DNA of 30,914 bases, from IMG/VR virus record IMGVR_UViG_3300037847_004857, positions 1 to 30,914 of that record. One strand, written 5' to 3'. A model generated the notes under the pieces. The model had not been told where the DNA came from and ran no database searches. It was given only the letters and a program-made list of their open reading frames with translations. Both the position numbers and the translations under genes were made by a program. Below are positions 7,334 to 17,894 of the stretch, piece after piece. This DNA is from a virus. Its lineage: Duplodnaviria > Caudoviricetes. Every line of letters starts with the position of its first letter. Position 1 is the first letter of the stretch.

Positions 7334-7374
7334 AAAAAAAAAGCGGCTGACATTATTATAATAACATCAGCCGC
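7334..7374 (-). terminator. Rho-independent terminator between structural and lysis genes
   Basis: Minus strand GCGGCTGA-TG-TTATTATAATAA-TG-TCAGCCGC followed by T9. Confidence 0.85.
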
Positions 7375-7400
7375 CCAACCCAACACAACAGATTGATTAA

Positions 7401-8282
7401 CTATACCCAATAATCAACAATAATGATTTCGCCATTGGCTGGATTTGCACCCAAAGTAACGACTGTTGCTGATCCATTATCGGTTACAGTGTATTCAGAT
7501 GAATCGGCCGGAGAAGAAGCCTTTTGCAAAAGTCGTTGACCATTGCGATACACTCGTACACCTTGAGCAAAATCTGAAAGACTAGAAGCAGGAATACGTT
7601 GAGACAATGTAAATGTAGCAGCACTACCATTAGGAGCAAAGTCATCAGTATATGGACGCATGCCAAACTTAGTAATGGTTACAGCATTCCCAGCCAGTTG
7701 TCCCTCTCCGATTCCAAGGTCAGCTACCTTGACACCAGATCCAGACTTAGCAAGAGTAGAACCATCCAACTGTACAGTAAGATCAGACACAGCAGCAGAA
7801 CCATTGTATGCTGACATGGAAATACCTTGACCAGCTGAAAGACTGTCAAGGTTTGCACCAAGAGCCTTACCAGAAATAGTACTGTTCGCAAGCTTTGCAT
7901 TTCCAATAGCACTATCAGCAATGTAAAGACCATTTGCATCTTTTGTAATCGATCCACCAGATTCTGATTTTACCTTTACGTCCAGTTTGTTACTGGTAAA
8001 CTGAAGACCAGGATTGGTAGCAAGATCAACAGAGATAACATCTGGATCTCCAGACGAATCAATATCAATACCGTTTCCACCTTGAAAAGTATCCGGTACT
8101 TGTGCATCAACATATGCTTTGATTGCAGCAGCTGTTGCAAGCTTAGATGCAGACGCTGAAGATGCAAGGTTTGTTTCAAGGTCAGCAGACTTCATCTTTG
8201 CAAATGATACTGCTCCTGAGTCAAGTTTATTTTCGTTGATGATCGAATCAACCAACTGATTTCTTACAAGAGTTATAGCCAT
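7401..8282 (-). CDS. Putative fibre/virion appendage protein (293 aa)
   Basis: Gly/Ser/Ala-rich with recurring GAVSFAK, SAIGNAK, NAVTITK units; C-terminal beta module VRVYRNGQRL...EYTV...PANGEIIIVDY. Confidence 0.65.
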   Translation of the reverse strand: MAITLVRNQLVDSIINENKLDSGAVSFAKMKSADLETNLASSASASKLATAAAIKAYVDAQVPDTFQGGNGIDIDSSGDPDVISVDLATNPGLQFTSNKLDVKVKSESGGSITKDANGLYIADSAIGNAKLANSTISGKALGANLDSLSAGQGISMSAYNGSAAVSDLTVQLDGSTLAKSGSGVKVADLGIGEGQLAGNAVTITKFGMRPYTDDFAPNGSAATFTLSQRIPASSLSDFAQGVRVYRNGQRLLQKASSPADSSEYTVTDNGSATVVTLGANPANGEIIIVDYWV

Positions 8283-8291
8283 GGTTACCCC

Positions 8292-8564
8292 CTAGATTGT
8301 TTTGTATGTAGCTACAATGGTTGTACCACTTTCAGGTACAAAATCCAACTGTATAGTACGAGCATTTATTACAGTCACTTCGACTCCAGTTCTCTGCCGT
8401 ACTCCATTGTAATATATCACAATGCTCGAAGTATTAAAGGCATACGTAGTCACAAAACTGTTGGAAACACCATCGATTTGTGACGACAAATCATCTGATA
8501 TATCTTTATCACCAAATGCACCACCACCATTACCAAATGCATCTATGTTCGATGATATACCCAT
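8292..8564 (-). CDS. Small virion protein with a single beta module
   Basis: IDGVSNSF...IYYNGVRQ...FVPESGTTIVATY; start re-assigned to 8564 (TGATG overlap, GGAG SD). Confidence 0.65.
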   Translation of the reverse strand: MGISSNIDAFGNGGGAFGDKDISDDLSSQIDGVSNSFVTTYAFNTSSIVIYYNGVRQRTGVEVTVINARTIQLDFVPESGTTIVATYKTI

Positions 8565-8950
8565 CACACTCTCCATGTAAGTTTTATCTGCCTAACATTC
8601 AAGCTACCAGCATCCGTCTTTATCCACACATGACTGGGCCATGTATCAGCAACATCAATCTCAATCTTTATAATACTTGATGTCTTTGTTGCTGTTGTAA
8701 TCCCCAATGACATACCAACTTGTGTATCTCCAATAATACACATGTCACCATAAGTGTCTTCTGTAATCCGAACTGTCAATGCATTCGCACCTGACAATGT
8801 ATCACCATAGATTGTCAATGCACTCAGTGTACCACCAAGTGTAGGCATTGTATTCTGCCGCTCTCTAATCGTAGGTATGATGTCAAAAACCTGCCAGTTT
8901 GTATCGATAGGCGCATTATAATACTGTACAAGTTTTCTAGCGGTTGTCAT
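8564..8950 (-). CDS. Hypothetical beta-rich virion protein (128 aa)
   Basis: Overlaps both neighbours; composition and position. Confidence 0.7.
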   Translation of the reverse strand: MTTARKLVQYYNAPIDTNWQVFDIIPTIRERQNTMPTLGGTLSALTIYGDTLSGANALTVRITEDTYGDMCIIGDTQVGMSLGITTATKTSSIIKIEIDVADTWPSHVWIKTDAGSLNVRQIKLTWRV

Positions 8951-11900
8951 TGTGATTCCTTATCAGCCTGATCCAATGCTCTGTTTACACGATTTAACTG
9001 ATATATTATGTTCTTTTCAGCTGGCGCACCCTTGAGAGGTGTTGCCAAACCTAACTGATACAATGACCATAATATAGCACTTTGTGTGTCTCCTTCAAAT
9101 ACTTCTGATATTTTTCCACCTTGTATTGTTCCAGTCTTTAAGTATCTACTCTCAAAAGGTACAACCTTTTCTCCTTCTGGAGTTACGATTCGATCTCCAC
9201 GCTTTGCAGAAAACATTTCTGCTTTGGTTAAATCTCTTTTAAATCGTTGACCAAACAATCGAACAAACAAATCATTAACTGGTATGCCTTCTTCTTTTGC
9301 CAACACATCTAAACCTTGATTGATAAGTACACCTGCTGCTGTCAATCCAGCTGCTTCATCATACAAATAACGTTTGTAACCTGCCAATCCCTTTTCTCCA
9401 TCTGGAAAATCATACAACACACCTGCATCAGTTTCTTCCGAACCCATAGTTAATGGTTTTCCTGGCATTTTACGCCTTGGTATCAAACCATACCGCTCAA
9501 TAAAATACTCGAGATTACCTGATGCCTCTGCATCATATTGTAAATACGGTGGAAAAGGTGGTATCCTTCCAGATTCCTTTGCACGAAAATACTTTATATA
9601 TGGGCCCATATATGGCTTTTGTTCTCCAACATATAAAAACAATGCCTCTGCCAACTCTGATGAACGATTGGCTACCAATCCTGTAGAGATTAAATCTAAC
9701 AACTGTATTTGAGGATTAGGTGGACCACCAACTGTTAAAGGTACATCATCGATTTTGCCAGCAAAAATATTATACACCCTTCCTAGTTGTTGATTTGTGT
9801 AGTCATTATAGTCTTCAGCCATTTGTCGACTCAATACATCTTGAGATCTCAACATTCGTAAAGACAACGATGGTTTCCCTGTAACTACACCTTTGTATAT
9901 AGCATTGATTTGACTGGTTATCATTGTTCTTTGAAACGCATAAAACCATATTGCATTAGATAAATATTTCTTTTCAAAATCAGACAACGTACTGTAATCC
10001 AACATCGATGACTTACCTGCTGTTACTGCTTCTTCAATAGAATAACCATTACGCAAATACTCTACAAATGCAACACGACGTAACTCACTATCTTGATATC
10101 TAGATAACTGTGTAAATATATTGTTTTGCGATGTACGTGTATTCTCCAATAGTTTTTTTCCTGCTTTATACAATCTAGGATTATTACGTAAAAATGCTTG
10201 CTGTGACCTATAACGATTCAAACCTTGTTCATTAATACCCAACTCTATCAACATTGCATTTACTTGTGAGTCAAAAAACTCTGCATCAGCACGAGAGTAT
10301 TCCATACCACTTTGATTGATTATTCGTCGTAACTCTCCAGCTGTATAATCTCTTTTTGCACCATCTTTTGCAAACACAACGATTTCTTCTGGTGGTGCAA
10401 ATCGTAACTTATTGGCTGCTGATAAATCAAAAACATTGGGTTTACCCAAAATCTTTAACAACTTATTTAATCCTGACACAACAGGTACTTCTGCACCCAA
10501 ATCAAAAGATCTAGATACTATTCTAGCAACTGATGATAATCTCAAAGGAGCATTCAAAACAGTAGCCGACATTATAAATGGAGCAGTTATACGATTAAAT
10601 CCAAAGAAACGAGTATTCGGTGCATTTTGCCCACCCAACATTGCTGCTGTAGTCCATCGACGTAACATGCCTAAAGTTCCTATAACAGTATTAAAAGCGA
10701 TTTGAGTCAGTATCTCAGCTCTATTTATAGTTCCTTGTGCATCTTTCTTAAATGCTTGTTGTGCATATTTATTAAATGCCTGACTTTTAAACACCCTCTC
10801 AAAGTATTTTGACTCTGTCATTTCAGTAATCAACTTGGCACGTTCAGCTATATCTTGCCCATATACCAAAGCCAAGTTCTCCTTACCTATCATTTTGATT
10901 CTTGGATTTATCGACTTCAATGCTTTCGATACTGCATTGGCATTCAAACCATACATTGTCATACGATCTGTTACTTGCTGTATCTGTTGAGCAAAAAGAG
11001 AATCGGATAAAGGGCCTTTACCTATACCAGTCAACTTACCCAAATATTCTACATTCATAGTCTTAATCATACCAGGTAATGATTCTTTTATCTCTTTTAC
11101 TACTTTTAGTTTTGCTCCCATTAAATCTACATCAACATTTTTTTTCATACTTTGTAAAACAATATTTTCTTGCACTGTATTTAAAACAGTTTTTAATCGT
11201 TCATTTACACGATCAAATGTTCTACTTTTGATTAAAGGAGCTTTATTGTTATCTGCAATGATTACTGTACGCAAAAAATCATCCATGTTTATTGCAACAG
11301 TTTCTTGTTCTACCATCTTGTTTAAATATTTCTGCAAAAACTTTTCTTGTACAGATCGAGATGTATTTACCCAAACATCTTTCATCATGCCATCAAACAA
11401 GATTTCTTTTACCTGATAAAACACAACATTCTTCAAATCTTCAGAAAAGATTTTCATATTATCGCCAGCTGCCAATGTATCACGTATGGTCTTCTCTACT
11501 TTTTTACTTATTGCCTCTACCGATTCTAAACCTACCATACCCTCCTGAGTTCTTTTCATCGACAAAACAAAATCAGGCTCTGTTCTAGCAAACTTTGCAA
11601 TCGCTTCTTGTGTGTTCTGTAACTTTTGGATGCTCATCATCTTCTGTAAAATCGGAAGAACAAAGTTTTCATCACGAGAAAATATACTCTTCTTCAATCC
11701 ATACTGTTTTAATATGCCTCCACCTGGCAATGATCGCAACCCTTCAACAACTTTTTTCAAAGTACTAGGATTTATAGGTTTTAAGTTATTCGGTGCAAAA
11801 AAAGGTCGCTCAGGATTCTTTACAATCAACTTCAATAACTGGTCTTGTTCTTTTGCAAACTTCAACATTTCTGATGTAGAGATAACTTTCTTTGTTAATA

Positions 11901-14900
11901 CTTCAGGACCTACAAAAAAGTTTTTCAACACAGATTCCCATTGACCATACCGTATAAAACCTTCCTCGTATACATCCATGTATTTAACCAAATCATCAAT
12001 AACTGTAGCCAAATCATCATACTCAAGGTTCTTTAAACCTACCATGTCTTCAATAAAATCTTTTACTTGCTTATGACCATATCTTTCCGATGCTGCCTGC
12101 AAAGTTCTACGCTTAGAAGCTTCTTTACTTTTAAACATCTGATCTTCACGTATCTCTTTAATATACTCATCAATCTGATTGTTTATCTGAGCTTCTTCTT
12201 TTCTTAACTTTTGTAAATCTTTCATTTCAGATTCAACTGTTTTAGCTAAACTCCTATCAAAGATTTCTTCTTGTTGAGTTTTAATCTTTGATAAAGACTT
12301 TATCCTCTCTTGTTTTTTTTCTGCTCGTGCTTGTCGTTTTTGTTGGATTTTTTCTTGCAACCGACTCTTAAAGTTTTTTTCATATGGACTAACACCAACA
12401 AAATCTTTACGTGCTGTTGGACTTATATCAGATATCTGTGGTTGATCTGCACGTATTGCTGTACCTTTACGAAACGATCTTTCTAGCTGAACACCTAAGT
12501 CCATATATATTCCGCTTTGTACATTTATTGCTTCCGCACCTTCCGCTTTAGTTGCTCTTTTTATATTTGCAATAACTTGTTTAGGTGCCGCATCTGCCGC
12601 TGTTTGTACACTTCGCTCAAAACTTTTAAATGCTGCTGATGCACTATCATTAAAAAACTGAACAGGTTGAGTTGGACGACCTTGCAATATCCGTATTGCA
12701 TTAGCCAAACCTTTTGCCTTTATTGCAAACGTTGACTTTTTTCCACGAACTTGTGGTATCAATGTATCACCAGCAACTATACCCGCATCTGCTAAATCTG
12801 ATTGTAAACCTGCTGTACGTAATCTTGTACCACTTAAATAATCAAGAGCCAGTTGTGCACCAACACTATCGAATAACTCTTGTCTCTCGATTGCAGTAAA
12901 TGGTTGACCATTCTCTAACTTTTGTTGTACACCAGGTGAAAACTGTATCCCACGTTGTTGTTGATAACCTCGCAATGCAGCCAATCGATCCGGTGTAAAT
13001 GTATATACCTCTTGATTGTTTACTGATTTAGCTTTAAAATCCAACAGTTCTCGATGTTCTTCCAAATACTTTGTGTATTCCCTTGTAGGTTTACCTCTTG
13101 AGGTATATATCTTGCTTTTGGGTACTGCAACATTATCTGATATGTGTACCAAATCAACAGGCATTGTACGTAAAAGATTATCTCGGATTACCTGTGATGT
13201 ACTAGAACGAATAGCATCATATATAACTTCTGGAGAGTTACGAATCGATTCTGGTATTTTTTCATATACTTTGTTTTTATTCAAAACATCTAACGATTCT
13301 CTCAATGCCTTTTCTTCAACTGCACGTAAAGGACGACGTTTTGATTGTTCAAGTATCGTTCTTGTCTTTGACCATGCTGACGTTACTGCATTTTTATTTT
13401 GTTGTACTACAACCTTTTCAACCTCATCTAAAGGTATATTTCTAAATCGAGCTACAGCTATTCCACGCTGTATTAAATCCGATGCAACCTTAGGTTTACC
13501 ACCCTTTTCGATTACCTTTATTGTTTCATTTGCTACTCGATTTACTCCACGCAATAATGCATCATCACCACTCAATACGCCTTCAACACTAGGTACTATT
13601 TTTGTTTTTAAATATCTACTTTGTGGTATCCTTTTTGATAATGCAGATGATTCATCAAAAGTCCATCTCTTACCAAGAAAGGAATCACGTACCTTAGATC
13701 CTGCAACAATGTCAGCACCCATCTCTGATGCTTTATATGATACAGTATGTGGATCTAAAAAATCATCTACTGTAACACGAACACTAGTTAACTTATCCAA
13801 ATCAGGCATTGTCTTTGTCATTCGTTTAAAAGCATTTTCCAATGACTTACGTTGACCTGCAAATAGTATTCCTCTTGATACAGCTTGTGCTGGCTTAACT
13901 ACAAAACTCAATGGTAAAACAGGAACTGCAAACTCAGGCATAAATGTAGTAACTGTGCTAGCAAAACTACCTTGCACTGTTGGATCCAATGGATTGTAGT
14001 TGGTTTCTGGAGGAAGAGATTGTGCACCCAGCTGTGAAAACAATCCTTGACCTTTTATCATATTGGTCAATCCCTGACCCAGTGCACCTTCCATTTCTGT
14101 TTTTTCATATCCTGCACCTTTTCGTGTAGCAATCGGTGCAAGTTTACCTTTCATTTTTTCTGAAACAACTTGACTAACAAATGGCTGTAAATATGTAGGC
14201 AATGCAGATGCTACCGTACCTGCAACAACAGAACGACCTTCATCCGTTTGTATCAAATCATTTACCCAATCCAATGCAGGAGCAGCAAACGCTGATGTAA
14301 TGTTCAACGACCTTAATCCAACTGCCAATGGTGTTTCAACAATCCCGGCATCAACATAAGGAGTTTGTGTTAAAAATAACTTAGCTGTATCTTCTGCAAC
14401 CTCCTTACCCTTTTGACCCAAAGCAAACGGTCTTATATCATCAGTAAAACGAATCAGTTCTTCTTCACGTTCTTTTATTGCTTTCTCAACTTCCTCATCT
14501 GTTTTGCCTTGTTTTTTAAAAAATCTTCGAAGATCTTGCTTTCGTTGATTTCTTACAGATTCCTTTACTGCCTCCATTTGTTTTACTTGCTCATCCGTAG
14601 CAATACGTTGTGGCTTTAATCCTTCAACAAACAACTCTGCTGTTGGACTAGGTATAACTGTTTGATCTCCTACATCAATATAGTCTGCAAGAGCACCAAG
14701 ACCCTTAATAATAGTTGCTTGTAAAACAGGATTACTTGTAACTGATCCAGCAATCGTTTCAGTTAATGGTTGTAATGTTGACAAATCTTGTAAATCTACA
14801 CCCTTTGCTTTTCGAATCTGTCCTGTTTTTCTATCAACAACCAAACCTGCTTTAGGGTCTACAATCCGAGACATACCTTTTGATACTGTATATGGATCTC

Positions 14901-15282
14901 GATATGCCTTTGTACCAATCCTTAAAGGCTCAGTATCTATTTGAAACTGACGAATCGATGCTTTGGTCATTAAATCTTGTTCTTCTCGTGATAACGATTG
15001 ACCCAACTCTTGTTCTCGTCTTTTCGCCTCTCTTTCATCTATTTCAAGAGGTACAGTAAATCCACCTCTACCTTGTAATCTTTGACGCAACTGATACTGT
15101 TGTACAGCCTCAGTTTTATCTGGTGGAACTGGAGGTACACCTGCTTCTCTTTGCAATGCATTTGATAAATCCAACTGCAGCTTTTCAAGTGTTTGATTAT
15201 ATTCGTTTACTTCTATATCTCCAACATTATATCGATTCTGTAAATCAAGTATCTGTTGTCGTATCTCTGCTGCTGTAGTCAT
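8947..15282 (-). CDS. Very large internal virion / ejection protein (2111 aa)
   Basis: Third and largest of three helical proteins after the tail genes, as in podovirus ejection cassettes; C-terminal MLDYSTLSDFEKKYL...WFY pattern. Confidence 0.7.
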   Translation of the reverse strand: MTTAAEIRQQILDLQNRYNVGDIEVNEYNQTLEKLQLDLSNALQREAGVPPVPPDKTEAVQQYQLRQRLQGRGGFTVPLEIDEREAKRREQELGQSLSREEQDLMTKASIRQFQIDTEPLRIGTKAYRDPYTVSKGMSRIVDPKAGLVVDRKTGQIRKAKGVDLQDLSTLQPLTETIAGSVTSNPVLQATIIKGLGALADYIDVGDQTVIPSPTAELFVEGLKPQRIATDEQVKQMEAVKESVRNQRKQDLRRFFKKQGKTDEEVEKAIKEREEELIRFTDDIRPFALGQKGKEVAEDTAKLFLTQTPYVDAGIVETPLAVGLRSLNITSAFAAPALDWVNDLIQTDEGRSVVAGTVASALPTYLQPFVSQVVSEKMKGKLAPIATRKGAGYEKTEMEGALGQGLTNMIKGQGLFSQLGAQSLPPETNYNPLDPTVQGSFASTVTTFMPEFAVPVLPLSFVVKPAQAVSRGILFAGQRKSLENAFKRMTKTMPDLDKLTSVRVTVDDFLDPHTVSYKASEMGADIVAGSKVRDSFLGKRWTFDESSALSKRIPQSRYLKTKIVPSVEGVLSGDDALLRGVNRVANETIKVIEKGGKPKVASDLIQRGIAVARFRNIPLDEVEKVVVQQNKNAVTSAWSKTRTILEQSKRRPLRAVEEKALRESLDVLNKNKVYEKIPESIRNSPEVIYDAIRSSTSQVIRDNLLRTMPVDLVHISDNVAVPKSKIYTSRGKPTREYTKYLEEHRELLDFKAKSVNNQEVYTFTPDRLAALRGYQQQRGIQFSPGVQQKLENGQPFTAIERQELFDSVGAQLALDYLSGTRLRTAGLQSDLADAGIVAGDTLIPQVRGKKSTFAIKAKGLANAIRILQGRPTQPVQFFNDSASAAFKSFERSVQTAADAAPKQVIANIKRATKAEGAEAINVQSGIYMDLGVQLERSFRKGTAIRADQPQISDISPTARKDFVGVSPYEKNFKSRLQEKIQQKRQARAEKKQERIKSLSKIKTQQEEIFDRSLAKTVESEMKDLQKLRKEEAQINNQIDEYIKEIREDQMFKSKEASKRRTLQAASERYGHKQVKDFIEDMVGLKNLEYDDLATVIDDLVKYMDVYEEGFIRYGQWESVLKNFFVGPEVLTKKVISTSEMLKFAKEQDQLLKLIVKNPERPFFAPNNLKPINPSTLKKVVEGLRSLPGGGILKQYGLKKSIFSRDENFVLPILQKMMSIQKLQNTQEAIAKFARTEPDFVLSMKRTQEGMVGLESVEAISKKVEKTIRDTLAAGDNMKIFSEDLKNVVFYQVKEILFDGMMKDVWVNTSRSVQEKFLQKYLNKMVEQETVAINMDDFLRTVIIADNNKAPLIKSRTFDRVNERLKTVLNTVQENIVLQSMKKNVDVDLMGAKLKVVKEIKESLPGMIKTMNVEYLGKLTGIGKGPLSDSLFAQQIQQVTDRMTMYGLNANAVSKALKSINPRIKMIGKENLALVYGQDIAERAKLITEMTESKYFERVFKSQAFNKYAQQAFKKDAQGTINRAEILTQIAFNTVIGTLGMLRRWTTAAMLGGQNAPNTRFFGFNRITAPFIMSATVLNAPLRLSSVARIVSRSFDLGAEVPVVSGLNKLLKILGKPNVFDLSAANKLRFAPPEEIVVFAKDGAKRDYTAGELRRIINQSGMEYSRADAEFFDSQVNAMLIELGINEQGLNRYRSQQAFLRNNPRLYKAGKKLLENTRTSQNNIFTQLSRYQDSELRRVAFVEYLRNGYSIEEAVTAGKSSMLDYSTLSDFEKKYLSNAIWFYAFQRTMITSQINAIYKGVVTGKPSLSLRMLRSQDVLSRQMAEDYNDYTNQQLGRVYNIFAGKIDDVPLTVGGPPNPQIQLLDLISTGLVANRSSELAEALFLYVGEQKPYMGPYIKYFRAKESGRIPPFPPYLQYDAEASGNLEYFIERYGLIPRRKMPGKPLTMGSEETDAGVLYDFPDGEKGLAGYKRYLYDEAAGLTAAGVLINQGLDVLAKEEGIPVNDLFVRLFGQRFKRDLTKAEMFSAKRGDRIVTPEGEKVVPFESRYLKTGTIQGGKISEVFEGDTQSAILWSLYQLGLATPLKGAPAEKNIIYQLNRVNRALDQADKESQ

Positions 15283-15289
15283 TACACAC

Positions 15290-17074
15290 CTACTTCTTGC
15301 CCAGTGCTTTCAATGCCTCTAAGTATTCTCTATTCTGGGAACCGTCCTTCATTATAATCGGTGCTTTGGTTCTTTGCTGCGCCATTACTCTACTATCAAA
15401 AGCAGAGATTGCTCTCATCTGTTCTTCTGGAGAACCAAAACCCTGTTGAATGCGATCAACTACAGATTGATATGTATTGTTTTGTCGAAACGTACTGTTC
15501 AATGGATCAAATGTTTCTTTGTATAATGATACACCCAACTCTTCTGGCTTACCCTTACTTCGTAAATCCTCATCCGATTCATACGACAATCTAGCACTCT
15601 GACGTTGTGTAGCATAAAACCGTTGCTCCAATGGTGTACCTGCATTTTCTGTCGATCTTTTCTTAGGAGATTCAAGTATCTCACCAGCTCGAGAACGGAC
15701 TTGCTCAAAACTATCTAGCTTAGGCTGTATACTTCTCACACGCTGTCCTTGACGCATTATATTCAACTGGCGTTCCAATGCTAATGGATCCAACAATCGT
15801 CGCTCCTCCAATGATATCAATGGAGTTTGTGTTCGCTCAATCTGTAACTCTTTGTATGCATTGACAGCAGCCTCACCTACTGTAGCAATCTCATCCTCAG
15901 TCAACTGAAATGGTGTATCATCATCAGCACGTAACTCATTAAACACAGGCTCTGCTTGCTTACGTAACTCATCTATGTACTGCTCTTCTGTTGCTCCTTC
16001 TCCAGGTACTGTCTTCAATATAGGTTTATATACAAAAGGTTTCTTCATTGGAGGAGGTTGTATATTTAATCGAAACTGTTTCTTTAGTATTTTATTTAAC
16101 TTTGGTGCTTCTGTATCTATATACAACTGTCTTTCTTTATCGTACCTTCGATCAACATCAGCATCCGATATATCGATTACTTCAGCAAACATACCTGATT
16201 GCTGTAGATTTTTAGGTTGTGGATTATTTAATAAATCATCGATTATACTATTCACTCGTTCTCTATTTTGTTCCTTTTGATCTTCAGGAGTATATGTTTC
16301 GAACATATCCATTATGCTTTCTTTAATCTTACGTCGTACTCCAGCAAGTTTGTAATCTTCTCTAGCATACTTAAACTCAGGATCATCATCACCAATCAAA
16401 CCTTCTGCTTCCGATAAGTCTTTTACATCATCTTTTGCTTTTTGCACATTACTAAAAAAAGATGTTCCTTGTAATGCAGTATTAAAATCTGCTTCAAAAG
16501 TATTACCTGCTTGACCTATATCTTGAAAAACCGATTGCAACTTATTTATATCTGTACTTATACCTTGAGGCAATACATTGCCAGATAATACAACTTTATT
16601 TGCATGTTGTCTTGCATCCATGTCTAATCTTGCCATTTTTCTAGTAGCTTCGTTTTTGGCTTGCTCTAAACGATTCCGTTCTTGTTGAGATGATGCTTGT
16701 GCTTGTGCTCTTGCAATATCATCTCTGTATCGACGCATCGCATTTGTTTCACCTGTTTTATGACGTTCAAGTCTATTTTTTTGTTCTACTCTAAGCTTCT
16801 CTCGTCTATTGTATTCCAACACTTCAGCACGTTTCTTTGCTATATTTATATTGCCAGATCGTAAATCTTTCATGTTGCGCGCAAGCATCTTAAGATAATC
16901 ATCATAAGACCTTTGCTCCAACTTCAATACATCCAATGCAGCTTTACGTGCCTCTACATCTGATTGATACGTACTCAATGCTTCTTGATATGCAGTCTCC
17001 ATCGCACTGTTTATTCTGCGAGTATTCGACTGCATATACATATTTACAATCTCATTTGCTACTTCATATGACAT
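15290..17074 (-). CDS. Putative internal virion / ejection protein (594 aa)
   Basis: Charged coiled-coil composition, no Cys or Trp seen; middle gene of the cassette. Confidence 0.6.
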   Translation of the reverse strand: MSYEVANEIVNMYMQSNTRRINSAMETAYQEALSTYQSDVEARKAALDVLKLEQRSYDDYLKMLARNMKDLRSGNINIAKKRAEVLEYNRREKLRVEQKNRLERHKTGETNAMRRYRDDIARAQAQASSQQERNRLEQAKNEATRKMARLDMDARQHANKVVLSGNVLPQGISTDINKLQSVFQDIGQAGNTFEADFNTALQGTSFFSNVQKAKDDVKDLSEAEGLIGDDDPEFKYAREDYKLAGVRRKIKESIMDMFETYTPEDQKEQNRERVNSIIDDLLNNPQPKNLQQSGMFAEVIDISDADVDRRYDKERQLYIDTEAPKLNKILKKQFRLNIQPPPMKKPFVYKPILKTVPGEGATEEQYIDELRKQAEPVFNELRADDDTPFQLTEDEIATVGEAAVNAYKELQIERTQTPLISLEERRLLDPLALERQLNIMRQGQRVRSIQPKLDSFEQVRSRAGEILESPKKRSTENAGTPLEQRFYATQRQSARLSYESDEDLRSKGKPEELGVSLYKETFDPLNSTFRQNNTYQSVVDRIQQGFGSPEEQMRAISAFDSRVMAQQRTKAPIIMKDGSQNREYLEALKALGKK

Positions 17075-17886
17075 TAGTAATCTCCCAAAATAAACGCTAA
17101 TAAATCTTCTTCGGAAAATGGATTACCCAATACTCTAGCAGGATTAGTATAAAACAACAATGGATTTTGAGACAACATTGCCTCTACTGAAGTTGGCCCA
17201 TCAGTGCCCAAACCATCTTGAGTTTTGCCAGACATACTAGCACCCTCAACTGATTTGTAACCTGGCTCACTTCCTCCCAAGCCCAACACTCTAGCTGTCG
17301 ATGATATGACTTCTTGATCTTCTTTACTAGGCTTGTCTCTTTCATATGTCTCTTCTGCAAACTTCATCTTTGCTGCAATACCACCCGCCTGTGTCAATCC
17401 TTCTCCAGCTGCACCCAACAAAGACATCACCGCTTCACGCTCCATTGCTTTGCGTTGCAACTCTTGTTGACGCATCATTGCTAGTTGTTGCTGTTGTTGC
17501 TGTGCTACAGTCGCATCTCTTTCTGCCACTGCTCTTTGGGCTTCTGCTCGAGCAGCCTCTGATGTTTGTTTCAACGCTTGTTGTTGTCGAAACGCTGCAC
17601 CTTGACCAATGTCTCCTACCGCTTGACTTGCACCAAAACGTGCCAATGCTTCTCGTTCTGCCGTTTGTACCGGAGACATCACTTGTGTACCATACGCTTG
17701 ACGATCTTGATCTGACATACCAAAAGCAGATTCCGCTTCCATACGTTCCAACTCTTTTAATCTACGACGTTGCTCATCGGTCAACTGTAAATCTTTTGCT
17801 GCTCCACTTGCACCAATAGCTCCAGACACACCTTTTATCAGCGATCCACCTAATCCTGACAGCAATGCTAACTCTAGTCCTGTCAT
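17074..17886 (-). CDS. Putative small ejection (pilot) protein (270 aa)
   Basis: Gly/Ala-rich hydrophobic N-terminus MTGLELALLSGLGGSLIKGVSGAIGA then Gln/Ala-rich helices, like T7 gp14/P22 gp7-type proteins. Confidence 0.65.
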   Translation of the reverse strand: MTGLELALLSGLGGSLIKGVSGAIGASGAAKDLQLTDEQRRRLKELERMEAESAFGMSDQDRQAYGTQVMSPVQTAEREALARFGASQAVGDIGQGAAFRQQQALKQTSEAARAEAQRAVAERDATVAQQQQQQLAMMRQQELQRKAMEREAVMSLLGAAGEGLTQAGGIAAKMKFAEETYERDKPSKEDQEVISSTARVLGLGGSEPGYKSVEGASMSGKTQDGLGTDGPTSVEAMLSQNPLLFYTNPARVLGNPFSEEDLLAFILGDY

Positions 17887-17894
17887 AACTTACC

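Noticed and set aside
13016-13855. 279-aa + strand ORF antisense to the giant gene (also 10412, 11612, 15975, 17346, 25475 and similar)
   Set aside because: Shadow ORFs opposite well-supported genes; no RBS or motifs seen; explained by codon bias
17126-17294. Short repeat encoding ARVLG twice in the 270-aa protein, near a poly-Gln stretch
   Set aside because: Imperfect 14-nt match in a low-complexity protein; plausible by chance
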